From: Planctomycetota bacterium
GTDB lineage: Bacteria; Planctomycetota; GCA-002687715; CAIWVZ01
DNA: 64,000 nucleotides
Assembly: GCA_044222185.1 (NCBI GenBank)
Contig: JBGANV010000006.1
Location: 128,001-192,000 of the forward strand
Reading direction: 5' to 3'
Below the pieces are notes generated by a model. It worked only from the letters and a program-made list of their open reading frames with translations. It had not been told where the DNA came from and made no database searches. The position numbers and the translations under genes are program-made. Positions within the stretch are counted from its first letter, which is position 1. Every line of letters starts with the position of its first letter. Shown one piece after another: positions 55,391 to 64,000 of this stretch.

Positions 55391-58300
55391 TCAGCGCCGA
55401 TACGTGATCCGTGTCTCCTCACCGGATTTGATCGTGATGGATTGGCGGATCGTCCAACTCGGTCGACCCTCGGTCGGGCCCAAGCGCAACTGCCAGTCTC
55501 CGGGGGCAAGCGAGGGGACGAGGCACGCCGGCGTAGACGGGTTCACGGTCTCGATTCGCATTGGAACGTGTTGTGTGATGGGCACCAGCTCGAGTTCGAG
55601 CTCGGCGTCGGCGGGGCAGTCGACTCGCTCGATCGTGACGCGGAGGGACCCGTTGCGAACGACACGAACGATCCCGACGTCCGCATCGCGGCCCCTCGGC
55701 AACTCGACGCCTCGGAGCAGGACGGGGACGTGCCCCGACACCGCGACGGCGATGTCATACACGCCGGGCTCGTATCCCCCGAAACAGTACCCGTCCTTCG
55801 TCTGGATCAGCGGAGTGGTGAAGGCTGAGTCCGCAGCCGCACCCGGGACGGTGAGCGTGACGTCGCCCGCGACCGAGGGAGGGGACGCCGGCGCGACGTC
55901 GGCACCTCGGATCGTCATGGTCGCGCGGGGCGCGCGAACGAGCTCGAGCTGCAGGTTCTGACGGGGCCCGCGGACGACGACATGTCCGCGCTGCGGATCC
56001 GGGCGCAACGTCGGGTGGATGACGGTGAGCTCGACGGGACGGTCTCCGCGGATCTGCATGGAGAACATGCCAGCCTCGTCGACGGAGCCCGTGCCCTTGA
56101 GCTCCGTCGCCCCACACAACACCGGCAGCGCCGGGTCTTCGACCGACCACGCCACCTGCGTGTCGATCAGCGCTTCGCCGTCGGGGACGATGACCCGGCC
56201 TTCGACGAAGAAGATGTGAGAGAGATCCCACGAGACCTCGACGGTCGTCGCGGGCGAGGTCAGGTCGAGCAGGGGCCCGGGGGTCCCCGTGGTCGTTTCG
56301 AACGCGCGGTATCGGCCGAGCGGGAGGTCGGCCCATTCCGCGCGGAAATGGGCAGACGAGGTGTCGTCGATCATCGGCCTCGACATCGGTCCAAACTTGG
56401 CGCCGTGAGGCGCCGACGGCCCTGACTCGAGCTGGCAGAGGACGAGATCGACCGCGCGGCTCGATGGCAGCGTGACGGCGATCGCCACCTTCGCGGCCGC
56501 ACCGATGCCGACGTCGAAACGCAGCTTGCGATCCGGAGGAATCGGCCGCTCCGGGAACATGGCCGGCGGGAGATCGCCACCCGTGCAGGTGACGGCCGGG
56601 ATCGAGCCCTCGGGCGGGATCCACCACGAGAAGTGGAGCGTGCCCGACGCGGGATCCTCGGACCAGTCGGTTGCGAACGTCACGGGGTCGTCGGGGAGGA
56701 ACTCGAAGTCGGCGGGAAGGCGTGGCTTCCCGTCGACCGTCACGTGGACGGTGGTGTCGACTCGGACTCCGAGGTCGATCGTGACGGTCGTCTCGGGCGC
56801 CGTCACGGGGTTCACGGTCACGCAGCGGTCGCCGAGCCTGGGAAGCAACGGTGCCTGTGCCACCTGCAGAGATCGCGTCCCGCCGGGTGGGACGTCTTCG
56901 TCCGTCGGCGGCGCCCGGAGTGCGAGCGCCGCCGGTCTCACGCTGATGCTGCACGGGCGGGGGAAGGTCGATTCGAAGATCACGGTCCCCGCCGCATCCG
57001 TGATGCCCCAGCTCGGCGACGAATCCGACGCATCACGAAGCACGATCACACCGGGCACCGGGTGCCCTTCGGCGACGACCTTGGCGATGACGCGGGCCGG
57101 CGCGACGAAACGGACGGGTTCTCCCGTGGACTGCCAGTCCGTGTGCGCCACGACGGCCTGCCGGCCATCGGCTGCGGTGGCGACACCCGCGGTACCCCAG
57201 CCCTCTCCGCGTTCGAACGTCTCGCACACGAGGAATTCCCCCTCCACGTGAGCTGCAAGCACCCGCGCCGCCGGATTCGACGGGTGCTCGACGGAAATCC
57301 GACACGCGCTCCCGTCCGGCGGTGGCGCGCCGCCGGTCGTGTCGATGGGCCAGCGCGCGCCGAGTTCGTCGGGTGACGGGTCGAGCTTGACCGTGAGGGA
57401 GCGCTCCTTCCCGAGATCGAACCACTCCTGCGCCTCCGGTGCCACCCAGCCGGGGGCCCGGAGGATGCGGACGCTCACGGGCCAGGAGGCCGGAACGCCG
57501 TCGATGCGGGCGGTCCCCGTCGCATCGGTTGGCACGCCCGAGCTGAACCAATAGCCGGAGCTTCGAAGGGACGCGACGTCCCCTCGACCGGCGTAGAGCG
57601 TCACGCCGGGAATCGGCGCGCCTCCCTTCGAGGAAATCACTCGAACGGTCAGGGGCGCCACGGGCTCGAGGTCGAAGACGCAGGTGTCGGTCCCGTCCGA
57701 CTCGCCGAGGACCCGCGTGGCGCACCGACCATCTCGCGCGCGCACGTGTACGCACGGCGAGTCGTCGTAGGCCCAGGCGAACTGGAACAGGCCCGCGGAG
57801 TCCGTTGCGCCACTGAGGAACGCGGAACGTTCGCTGCCTGTGAACAGCGTATGCAGCTCGGTGGCGACGCGGATCGACGCGCCGGCGACCGCGTCGTTTC
57901 CGCTGGTTACTCGGATGGTGAACGGTCGCAGGTTCCGCAGAGCGAGGGTCCCGAAATCCCAGAACGGCGCCCCGCGAGGTTCGAGCCTCCAATACAGGAT
58001 GCGCCCGTGGCCTCGGCCGTCGGTGGCGAAAACCTGGATGTACGCGTCGTCGGTTCGATCGGGCTCGGGCAACCAGAAGTCGAAGTTCCCATTCGAATCC
58101 GTCGCGGCGGTGACGGTCTCGACACCCGCGGTGGCGCCCTTGACCTCGACGCCGGCCAACGGGAAGCGGTCGTCGTCGACGAATCGTCCGGTCAGGTGGA
58201 GGCCCGACCCGGACCGGGTGACGGGCTCCGTTGCAGGGTCGAACGGCGCCGTGCGGACCGTGCGGTCCGCGGCATTCTTCCGATCACCGGTTGCCGTCTC

Positions 58301-58459
58301 GTGCGACCTCTCTGCGAGCGGCGTGGGGGCATCGGGCGCCAGGACGCAATCGCGGCCGTCGTCCCGAAGGAGTGCGATCGCGAGCGCGAGAACGAACGCC
58401 GTCGCGCCGACGATCGCGAGCGCCTTCCGTGTCGCCGTCGCGGCCATGGGGCGCATCAT
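55391..58459 (-). CDS. Membrane-anchored carboxypeptidase regulatory-like repeat protein
   Basis: N-terminal TM; repeated P-(L/V/I)-x-G-x-x-V and TD-xx-G motifs. Start may be 58459, 58456 or 58447. Confidence 0.8.
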   Translation of the reverse strand: MMRPMAATATRKALAIVGATAFVLALAIALLRDDGRDCVLAPDAPTPLAERSHETATGDRKNAADRTVRTAPFDPATEPVTRSGSGLHLTGRFVDDDRFPLAGVEVKGATAGVETVTAATDSNGNFDFWLPEPDRTDDAYIQVFATDGRGHGRILYWRLEPRGAPFWDFGTLALRNLRPFTIRVTSGNDAVAGASIRVATELHTLFTGSERSAFLSGATDSAGLFQFAWAYDDSPCVHVRARDGRCATRVLGESDGTDTCVFDLEPVAPLTVRVISSKGGAPIPGVTLYAGRGDVASLRSSGYWFSSGVPTDATGTARIDGVPASWPVSVRILRAPGWVAPEAQEWFDLGKERSLTVKLDPSPDELGARWPIDTTGGAPPPDGSACRISVEHPSNPAARVLAAHVEGEFLVCETFERGEGWGTAGVATAADGRQAVVAHTDWQSTGEPVRFVAPARVIAKVVAEGHPVPGVIVLRDASDSSPSWGITDAAGTVIFESTFPRPCSISVRPAALALRAPPTDEDVPPGGTRSLQVAQAPLLPRLGDRCVTVNPVTAPETTVTIDLGVRVDTTVHVTVDGKPRLPADFEFLPDDPVTFATDWSEDPASGTLHFSWWIPPEGSIPAVTCTGGDLPPAMFPERPIPPDRKLRFDVGIGAAAKVAIAVTLPSSRAVDLVLCQLESGPSAPHGAKFGPMSRPMIDDTSSAHFRAEWADLPLGRYRAFETTTGTPGPLLDLTSPATTVEVSWDLSHIFFVEGRVIVPDGEALIDTQVAWSVEDPALPVLCGATELKGTGSVDEAGMFSMQIRGDRPVELTVIHPTLRPDPQRGHVVVRGPRQNLQLELVRAPRATMTIRGADVAPASPPSVAGDVTLTVPGAAADSAFTTPLIQTKDGYCFGGYEPGVYDIAVAVSGHVPVLLRGVELPRGRDADVGIVRVVRNGSLRVTIERVDCPADAELELELVPITQHVPMRIETVNPSTPACLVPSLAPGDWQLRLGPTEGRPSWTIRQSITIKSGEETRITYRR

Positions 58460-58523
58460 ACTGAAGCGCGGCTACGACTGTTCCGGATAGCTCGGCCGAG
58501 CGGCGGTTTGCTGCGCGACGTCG

Positions 58524-58793
58524 TCGCGGAGGAGTGCGAGTCGCCAACCGCGGCAAGGCAGGAGCCTTGCCGATCCAGCCAGGCAGAGCCTGGCGTTCCG
58601 GCGCTGGGATCGCCGCATTTCACGTGGCTGGCTGGCAGGCACCAGCCCAGCCGCGAGTGGCGGCATGCGCGTTTCGTTGAGGGTGACGATCGACGATCGA
58701 CAGTCACGCGTGATCGCGGAGGAGTGCGAGTCGCCAATCGCGGCAAGGCAGGAGCCTTGCCGATCCAGCCAGGCAGAGCCTGGCGTTCCGGCG
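58524..58793. repeat. Two 80-bp direct repeats (190-bp period) carrying the REP-like double hairpin
   Basis: 58524-58603 and 58714-58793 differ by one base; they contain CGGCAAGGC/GCCTTGCCG and CCAGGC/GCCTGG. Confidence 0.92.
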
Positions 58794-58852
58794 TCCTTTC
58801 CGGGCGCGGCCCTTTGACGGGCTCCGTCAGCCCGTGGTAAGCCAGCGGCCTC

Positions 58853-60547
58853 ATGAAGCTCATCATTGCGGTGATCGCCGTCACGGCGATGGCGCTCGGC
58901 CAGGTCGCGGGCGTGCCCGTGCTCGGGAAGCACGGGATGGTCGTCTCGGCTTCGGCCGCGGCGACGGACGCGGGAGTGGAGATCCTGAAGGCCGGCGGCA
59001 CGGCCGTCGACGCGGCGGTGGCCGTGGGATTCGCGCTCGCCGTCACGCTGCCGGAAGCCGGCAACCTGGGCGGCGGCGGATTCATCGTGGCGCGGCTGGC
59101 CGGCGGATCGGAAGTGGCTCTCGACTTCCGCGAGATGGCGCCCAAGGCGGCGACGGCCGATCGGTATCTCGACGAGAACGGGCATGCCGATACGCGTCGT
59201 TCACGGGCCGGCGGGCTGGCTTCTGGCGTTCCCGGCTCCGTCGCCGGACTGTGCCGTTTCCTCGAGAAGCACGGGACGCTTCCGCTGAAACAGGTGATGG
59301 CTCCGGCGATCCGACTTGCTTTCGACGGTTGGCCCATCACGCAAGGGCTCGTGCGCGAGCTGAACGCGAAGCCCACGCGCGAGTTGCTCGGAGCCTTCGC
59401 CGAGAGCCAACGCATCTTCCTCGCGGGCGCCGGCGCGCTCGAAGCGGGACAGCCGTTCAAGCAGCCCGAACTCGCGCGGACACTCACGCTCATCGCCGAG
59501 AAGGGGCCGGACGTCTTCTACCGGGGCGAGATCGCCGAACTCGTCGTCGCGGAGATGAAGCGATGTGGCGGCGCGATCACCCTGGAGGACATGGCGGGCT
59601 ACGTCGTGAAGGAGCGCACTCCGCTCACGACTCAGTATCGCGGCCGCCGCGTCATCACGATGCCGCCGCCGTCGTCGGGAGGCGTGGCGCTGATCGAGAT
59701 GCTGAACCTGCTCGAGCCTCAACCGGTCGCCGCCATGGGATTCGGTTCCGAGCGGGGGACGCACGTGCTCGCGGAAGTCATGCGCCGCGCGTTCTTCGAT
59801 CGCGCCACGTGGCTCGGCGATCCGGATTTCGCGAGCGTCCCCGCGCACGGGCTGACGTCGCGCACCTACGCCGCCGTCGTGCGGGGAACCCTCGGCGAGA
59901 CCGCCGCGGCCTCGCTTCCACTCAAGCTCCCGGACCCATTCGCTTTCGAGAAGAGCGAGACGACACACTTCTCCGTCGTCGACGACGACGGGAACGCGGT
60001 CGCGTGCACGACGACGTTGAACGGGGGATTCGGGTCGGGGGTCACCGTCACGGGTGCGGGGTTCCTGCTCAACAACGAGATGGACGATTTCGCGGTGACG
60101 CACGGCGTCCCCAACATGTTCAACCTGATCCAGAGCGACCGGAACAAGATCGAGGCGGGGAAGCGGCCGTTGTCGTCGATGACGCCCACGATCCTCGTGA
60201 AGGACGGCAAGGTCGAACTGGTCGTGGGGAGCCCGGGTGGGCCCACGATCATCAACACGGTGTTGCAGATCGTGCTCGACGTCGTCGATCACGAGATGAC
60301 GGTGAGCCAGGCCGTGGCGGCGCCGCGCATCCATCACCAGTGGTTGCCGGACCGTCTCGAGGTCGAGCCCTTCGGCCTGGCGCCTGAAGTGATCGCGGGT
60401 CTCGAGCGGCGCGGTCACAAGGTGGTGGTCCGCGGCAAGCTCGGCGCGCCGCAGTTCCAGGGCGATGCCCAGGTGATCGGGCGCTTCGGATCCCGTTGGG
60501 CCGGCGCCGCCGACCCGCGTCACGAAGGCAAGGCCGCCGGGTTCTGA
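58853..60547 (+). CDS. ggt: Gamma-glutamyltranspeptidase
   Basis: GGTAVDAAVA, GNLGGGGF, DFREMAP, autoprocessing ETTHFSVVD, LNNEMDDF, KRPLSSMTP, GSPGG. Confidence 0.96.
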   Translation: MKLIIAVIAVTAMALGQVAGVPVLGKHGMVVSASAAATDAGVEILKAGGTAVDAAVAVGFALAVTLPEAGNLGGGGFIVARLAGGSEVALDFREMAPKAATADRYLDENGHADTRRSRAGGLASGVPGSVAGLCRFLEKHGTLPLKQVMAPAIRLAFDGWPITQGLVRELNAKPTRELLGAFAESQRIFLAGAGALEAGQPFKQPELARTLTLIAEKGPDVFYRGEIAELVVAEMKRCGGAITLEDMAGYVVKERTPLTTQYRGRRVITMPPPSSGGVALIEMLNLLEPQPVAAMGFGSERGTHVLAEVMRRAFFDRATWLGDPDFASVPAHGLTSRTYAAVVRGTLGETAAASLPLKLPDPFAFEKSETTHFSVVDDDGNAVACTTTLNGGFGSGVTVTGAGFLLNNEMDDFAVTHGVPNMFNLIQSDRNKIEAGKRPLSSMTPTILVKDGKVELVVGSPGGPTIINTVLQIVLDVVDHEMTVSQAVAAPRIHHQWLPDRLEVEPFGLAPEVIAGLERRGHKVVVRGKLGAPQFQGDAQVIGRFGSRWAGAADPRHEGKAAGF

Positions 60548-60571
60548 TTCGCGAATCGAGGGAGACTCACC

Positions 60572-61024
60572 GTGCCGACGCGTCGTCAGAAGTCGACCGA
60601 CAAGAGCTGGTACGCCGGCGGCCTGCGCTTTCAGTGCACGCAGTGCGGCAACTGCTGCAAGAACCACGGCGAGTACTCCTACGTCTACCTCTCGAAGGTC
60701 GAGCTGGACGCGATCCCCAAGTTCCTCGGGATCACGAAGAAGGAGTTCCTCGCGCAGTACTGCATCAAGGAGCCCGGCTCGCTCGTGAGCTTGCGGATGG
60801 ATCAGCCAGCGTGCCCGTTCCTCCATGCGGACAATCGTTGCGCGATCTACCCCGTGCGACCCAAGCAGTGCGCGACCTGGCCGTTCTGGGAGCACAACCT
60901 CGTGCCGCAAGTGTGGAACGGACCCGTGAAGGAGTGCTGCCCCGGGATCGACAAGGGCCAGCTCTACTCCGCGGACGAGATCACGCGCACGGCGCGTGAA
61001 ACCGAAGCCTGGTACGAAGTGTGA
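60572..61024 (+). CDS. YkgJ-family CxxCxxCC Zn/Fe-S cluster protein
   Basis: FQCTQCGNCC, CPFL...CAIYPVRPKQCATWPFW, CCPGI. Confidence 0.92.
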   Translation: MPTRRQKSTDKSWYAGGLRFQCTQCGNCCKNHGEYSYVYLSKVELDAIPKFLGITKKEFLAQYCIKEPGSLVSLRMDQPACPFLHADNRCAIYPVRPKQCATWPFWEHNLVPQVWNGPVKECCPGIDKGQLYSADEITRTARETEAWYEV

Positions 61025-61028
61025 CGAG

Positions 61029-63326
61029 TCAGGGCGAGCGCCCGACCGTCGCGCGGAAGAACCTCCACGGAGATCGGGCAACCACGGCGAGTCCGTCCGC
61101 CCCCATGGCTTCGATGCGGACACCGATGACGAAGTAGACGTTCGCGTCTCCCGAGCTCAATTGCGCCATGTCCGCGTCGTTCACCGGCCGCCCGTCGGAC
61201 CACGCGACGCTCTCGACAGGCGTGGGCGATGCCATGCGGAACTCCAGCTCGTCGCCGTGGCGATCGAGAAACCGGACCGCGGTCCGGTAGGCGAGCATCA
61301 GTTGACCGGTGGGCGGTCGAACGGATGCGGAGACGATGACTCGCAGCTCCGATGCGCCCTCTGGGACGCGGAAGCGGATCGGCGCATGCATCAGGTCCTC
61401 GACGGGTAGCGACTCCACCGGGGACACGATGGTGATCGTGGGAAGTGACGCCAGAACGGTTGGCGGTGAGGTGAATGCGGCTCCGTCGAGTCGCACCTCG
61501 CGCAGGGCGACGGCCATCGGCCAGTCCGCACCGGCGGGCGCCCCGACCGTGACGGGCTGCTTCGCGGACGCCCGCAGGGCGTCGACGCCGATGCGCGCCG
61601 TCTTGTTTCCTGTTTCGGTAACCCACGTGAGCACGACGGGCTCGGTTCGGCCCTCGTCGCACCGGGCTTGCAGAAGGACCCCGCCGACGGCGCGAGACGG
61701 AGGCGGTGCATCGAAGACCGCCGCACGGCCGCCACGGTCGAGCCGTGTCGACGCGCCGCCGACAGTGAACGGCGGGAGGGGCCTGCACACGGGCACGAGC
61801 CGATCCCCATCGGCCTTCAGCACGTGGATCGGACCCGGGAATTCGGCGAGCTCGGGCAAGGCGTCGATCGACGCGAGGTCGGGGCGGCACAAGACCGCAG
61901 CCGGAGCGCGGCGGAACGGCGGTCTCATGGCGAAGCGCATGAACGTGGAGATCATGGGTACGCCGCCCCGCAGGAATTCCGGATCGATCACCACGACCAA
62001 GGCGTCCGGTGTCGCGCTGACCTGTGCCTCGATGGATTCGAGCCGGCCCCGAACGGCGTCACCCACGTCGAGTTCGCTCCGAGCGTAATGGAGAGCGACG
62101 TCGGCGGAGATCGCGATGAATGGCAGCAGGCCGGCAATGGCGGCTCGGCGCGCGCGTCGGGCCTCGACGCCGCCAACCGTCAGGCCGATGAATCCACTCA
62201 GTGCGCAGGTCGCCGGGTAGTACGCGCGGCCGTGCAGGTTCTGGTCCGTGAGCGGGAGCAGAAGCAGGGGAACCAGCGTGAAGATGACGGCGCACGCGCC
62301 GACGACGAACAGGACCACGCCTCGTCGTCCCTTCGACAGCGCCGCCAGGCCCGTCGGGACCACGAGTGCGATCGCTGCGGCCGTCGAGAGGCCTGCGAAC
62401 TTCATCGCCGAGTCGCCACCGAACCAGGTCGCGAGTCGCGGGGCGAGGGATGCGAACTCGGGCGCGCGGTTCCAAGGCACCAGCAACGTGCGAAACGCGG
62501 CCCAAAGACCCGATGCGACGCCTCCATCGAGGTGGATCGACGAACCCAGATACGTTCCCACGATTCCCTGCACGTAGGTCGCTCGGACGAGCAACGCGAG
62601 AACCATGGATCCCGTCGTGACGACCAGCGCCGTCCACGCAATCGGGCGCCCCCGCACGTGGTCCAGGCCGACGCGGCAAGCGAGCGCGGCGGGGACGAGG
62701 AACAGTGCCGTTTCCTTCGCGAGCTGCGCCAGCACGATGCAAAGTCCCACGTGGATGAGTGTGGCGTTGCGACGAGACTCGGCATGTCGCAGGAGCTGTA
62801 GCGTCGCGAGCAGCATCCAGAGGACCGCGAGCTCGTCGCCCATGGCCGACGCCCAACTCGTGGCCTGCGAACCACCGGGAAGCACCGCGAAGGCGACGCC
62901 AGCCATGACTCCCGCTGTACGCCTCGAAAGCCGCGCGACGATCCGCAGCAGGAGCACGGCCCCCGCCCCGTGGATTGCGAGCATCGCGGCGTGGAACACC
63001 GTCGGGTCGGCAAACCCTCCGCACACTTTCAGCAGGACCCACCACGTCGCCCACATGACCGGGCGAAAGTAGTACCGGTTGTCCGGTTTGGGGGTGTCGC
63101 CAGCCGAGGGCGCCTGGAACATGGCGGCGAGAGTGGGGTCGTCGAAGGGGGCGAACGGCTCCAGGCCAAGCAGCGCGCCGGCACGCGGAATGGTGAAGTA
63201 GTCGTCGAACTGGAACGGCATCCGCACGCTCCACCCGTGACTGAGCAAGGCGAGCGCGAAAACGATGACGGCCGCAGGGCGAAGCGACGGGTTCTCAGCG
63301 GGTGGCTGCTGGTCTCTGCCTTCCAT
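61029..63326 (-). CDS. Multi-TM GT-C (PMT/TMTC-like) glycosyltransferase
   Basis: FQFDDY after TM1, YYFRPV, AKETA, RAYYP; long soluble C-terminal domain. Confidence 0.72.
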   Translation of the reverse strand: MEGRDQQPPAENPSLRPAAVIVFALALLSHGWSVRMPFQFDDYFTIPRAGALLGLEPFAPFDDPTLAAMFQAPSAGDTPKPDNRYYFRPVMWATWWVLLKVCGGFADPTVFHAAMLAIHGAGAVLLLRIVARLSRRTAGVMAGVAFAVLPGGSQATSWASAMGDELAVLWMLLATLQLLRHAESRRNATLIHVGLCIVLAQLAKETALFLVPAALACRVGLDHVRGRPIAWTALVVTTGSMVLALLVRATYVQGIVGTYLGSSIHLDGGVASGLWAAFRTLLVPWNRAPEFASLAPRLATWFGGDSAMKFAGLSTAAAIALVVPTGLAALSKGRRGVVLFVVGACAVIFTLVPLLLLPLTDQNLHGRAYYPATCALSGFIGLTVGGVEARRARRAAIAGLLPFIAISADVALHYARSELDVGDAVRGRLESIEAQVSATPDALVVVIDPEFLRGGVPMISTFMRFAMRPPFRRAPAAVLCRPDLASIDALPELAEFPGPIHVLKADGDRLVPVCRPLPPFTVGGASTRLDRGGRAAVFDAPPPSRAVGGVLLQARCDEGRTEPVVLTWVTETGNKTARIGVDALRASAKQPVTVGAPAGADWPMAVALREVRLDGAAFTSPPTVLASLPTITIVSPVESLPVEDLMHAPIRFRVPEGASELRVIVSASVRPPTGQLMLAYRTAVRFLDRHGDELEFRMASPTPVESVAWSDGRPVNDADMAQLSSGDANVYFVIGVRIEAMGADGLAVVARSPWRFFRATVGRSP

Positions 63327-63596
63327 CTTTCGGCGCGATCTTACACGCCGCCGTCACGGGCCGCCGCCTCGGGGATTCTGCCGCTTGTCGAAGCTCGCGG
63401 GATCTATGAACCTTCTGTGCCCGTGCAACCGCGACACGCCCGCTGCGCCCCCCAGTGGATGTGGAGCGTGGGTCTGGCCGAAAAACGGCTGGTGGCGCCA
63501 CGTGCGCCAGGAGCCGGCCGGTTCGGCTGGCCACATCACGCGGATCGACGGTCGAGGTCGTCCTCGTCGCGCCGTCGTCCGTCTGGAGTCGACTTC

Positions 63597-64000
63597 GTGA
63601 CACAACAACGGCGTCCATCGTGCGCGGTTCGGTACGCGGTTCCCGTCGCCCTCGCGCTGACGGCGTGGGTCTCGCCGTGGCTCGCCGCCCAGTCGTCCGC
63701 TTCCGACGGAACGACGCCCACGATCACCATCCGGTCGGGCACGGCCGTTCTGACCGTTCCCTGGAAGGACGACGTGGCACTCGCCGAGGGGATTCGCCAG
63801 CTTTCGGGAGCCGGCGGCGGGAGCATCGAGTTCTCGGCGGGCACCTACGAGTTCGGCCGCGGGATGAACGTCCACACGATCAAGAACGTGGCGCTCGTCG
63901 GGCGGCCGGGCGTCGTCTTCCGCATGCGCAAGCTCACCGAGTGGGGGCTCATCAAGACCATCGGTTCCCACGCACCCGACGAGAAGCTCTTCGAGGTGGA
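63597..64000 (+). CDS. Partial secreted protein, probable beta-helix N-terminus
   Basis: GTG 63597, open to the window edge: signal ...WVSPWLAA-Q, then AGGGSIEFSAGTYEF...NVALVG. Absent from the ORF track because it has no stop. Confidence 0.65.
   Translation, partial: MTQQRRPSCAVRYAVPVALALTAWVSPWLAAQSSASDGTTPTITIRSGTAVLTVPWKDDVALAEGIRQLSGAGGGSIEFSAGTYEFGRGMNVHTIKNVALVGRPGVVFRMRKLTEWGLIKTIGSHAPDEKLFEV

Noticed and set aside
63407-63600. Small ORF MNLLCPCNRD... overlapping the start of the last gene (GTGA)
   Set aside because: No RBS or recognisable motif; it lies in a divergent promoter region and is probably incidental.

Overview
High-GC bacterial chromosomal window, most consistent with an uncultured Planctomycetota lineage. 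This is an inference from ECF sigma factors with long extracytoplasmic extensions, an ECF/Ser-Thr kinase-FGE pair, and many FG-GAP and carboxypeptidase-regulatory-like secreted proteins. It holds about 42 real CDSs: housekeeping genes (kgd/sucA, rimP, dus, ggt, bpt/ate, PLP dehydratase), envelope enzymes and many orphan secreted proteins. I found no rRNA, tRNA, CRISPR array, integrase or transposase. Main observations: (1) a bipartite motif TGTCCG-N18/19-CAAGTA occurs three times, upstream of the kinase and both secreted genes flanking an ECF sigma, defining a candidate kinase-linked ECF regulon; (2) six membrane-anchored Ig-like repeat proteins, two fused to ECF sigma, share a juxtamembrane V-x-V-x-P-F-x-D-like motif; (3) an active rhomboid is translationally coupled to a catalytically dead paralog; (4) a Dus resembling eukaryotic DUS3; (5) a covarying double-hairpin REP-like family at three loci, including a 5x124-bp array; (6) an AAA/DUF4143 gene bracketed by a duplicated kgd 3' end; (7) an ECF/anti-sigma operon ending in a barrel-less TolC-like + STN protein; (8) Gln at +1 of essentially all predicted signal-peptidase-I substrates, plus a shared terminal module in orphan secreted proteins; (9) a lipoprotein GH24 lysozyme outside any phage context; (10) an orphan structured-RNA candidate with a terminator. 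All family assignments come from motif recognition by eye, not from database searches.
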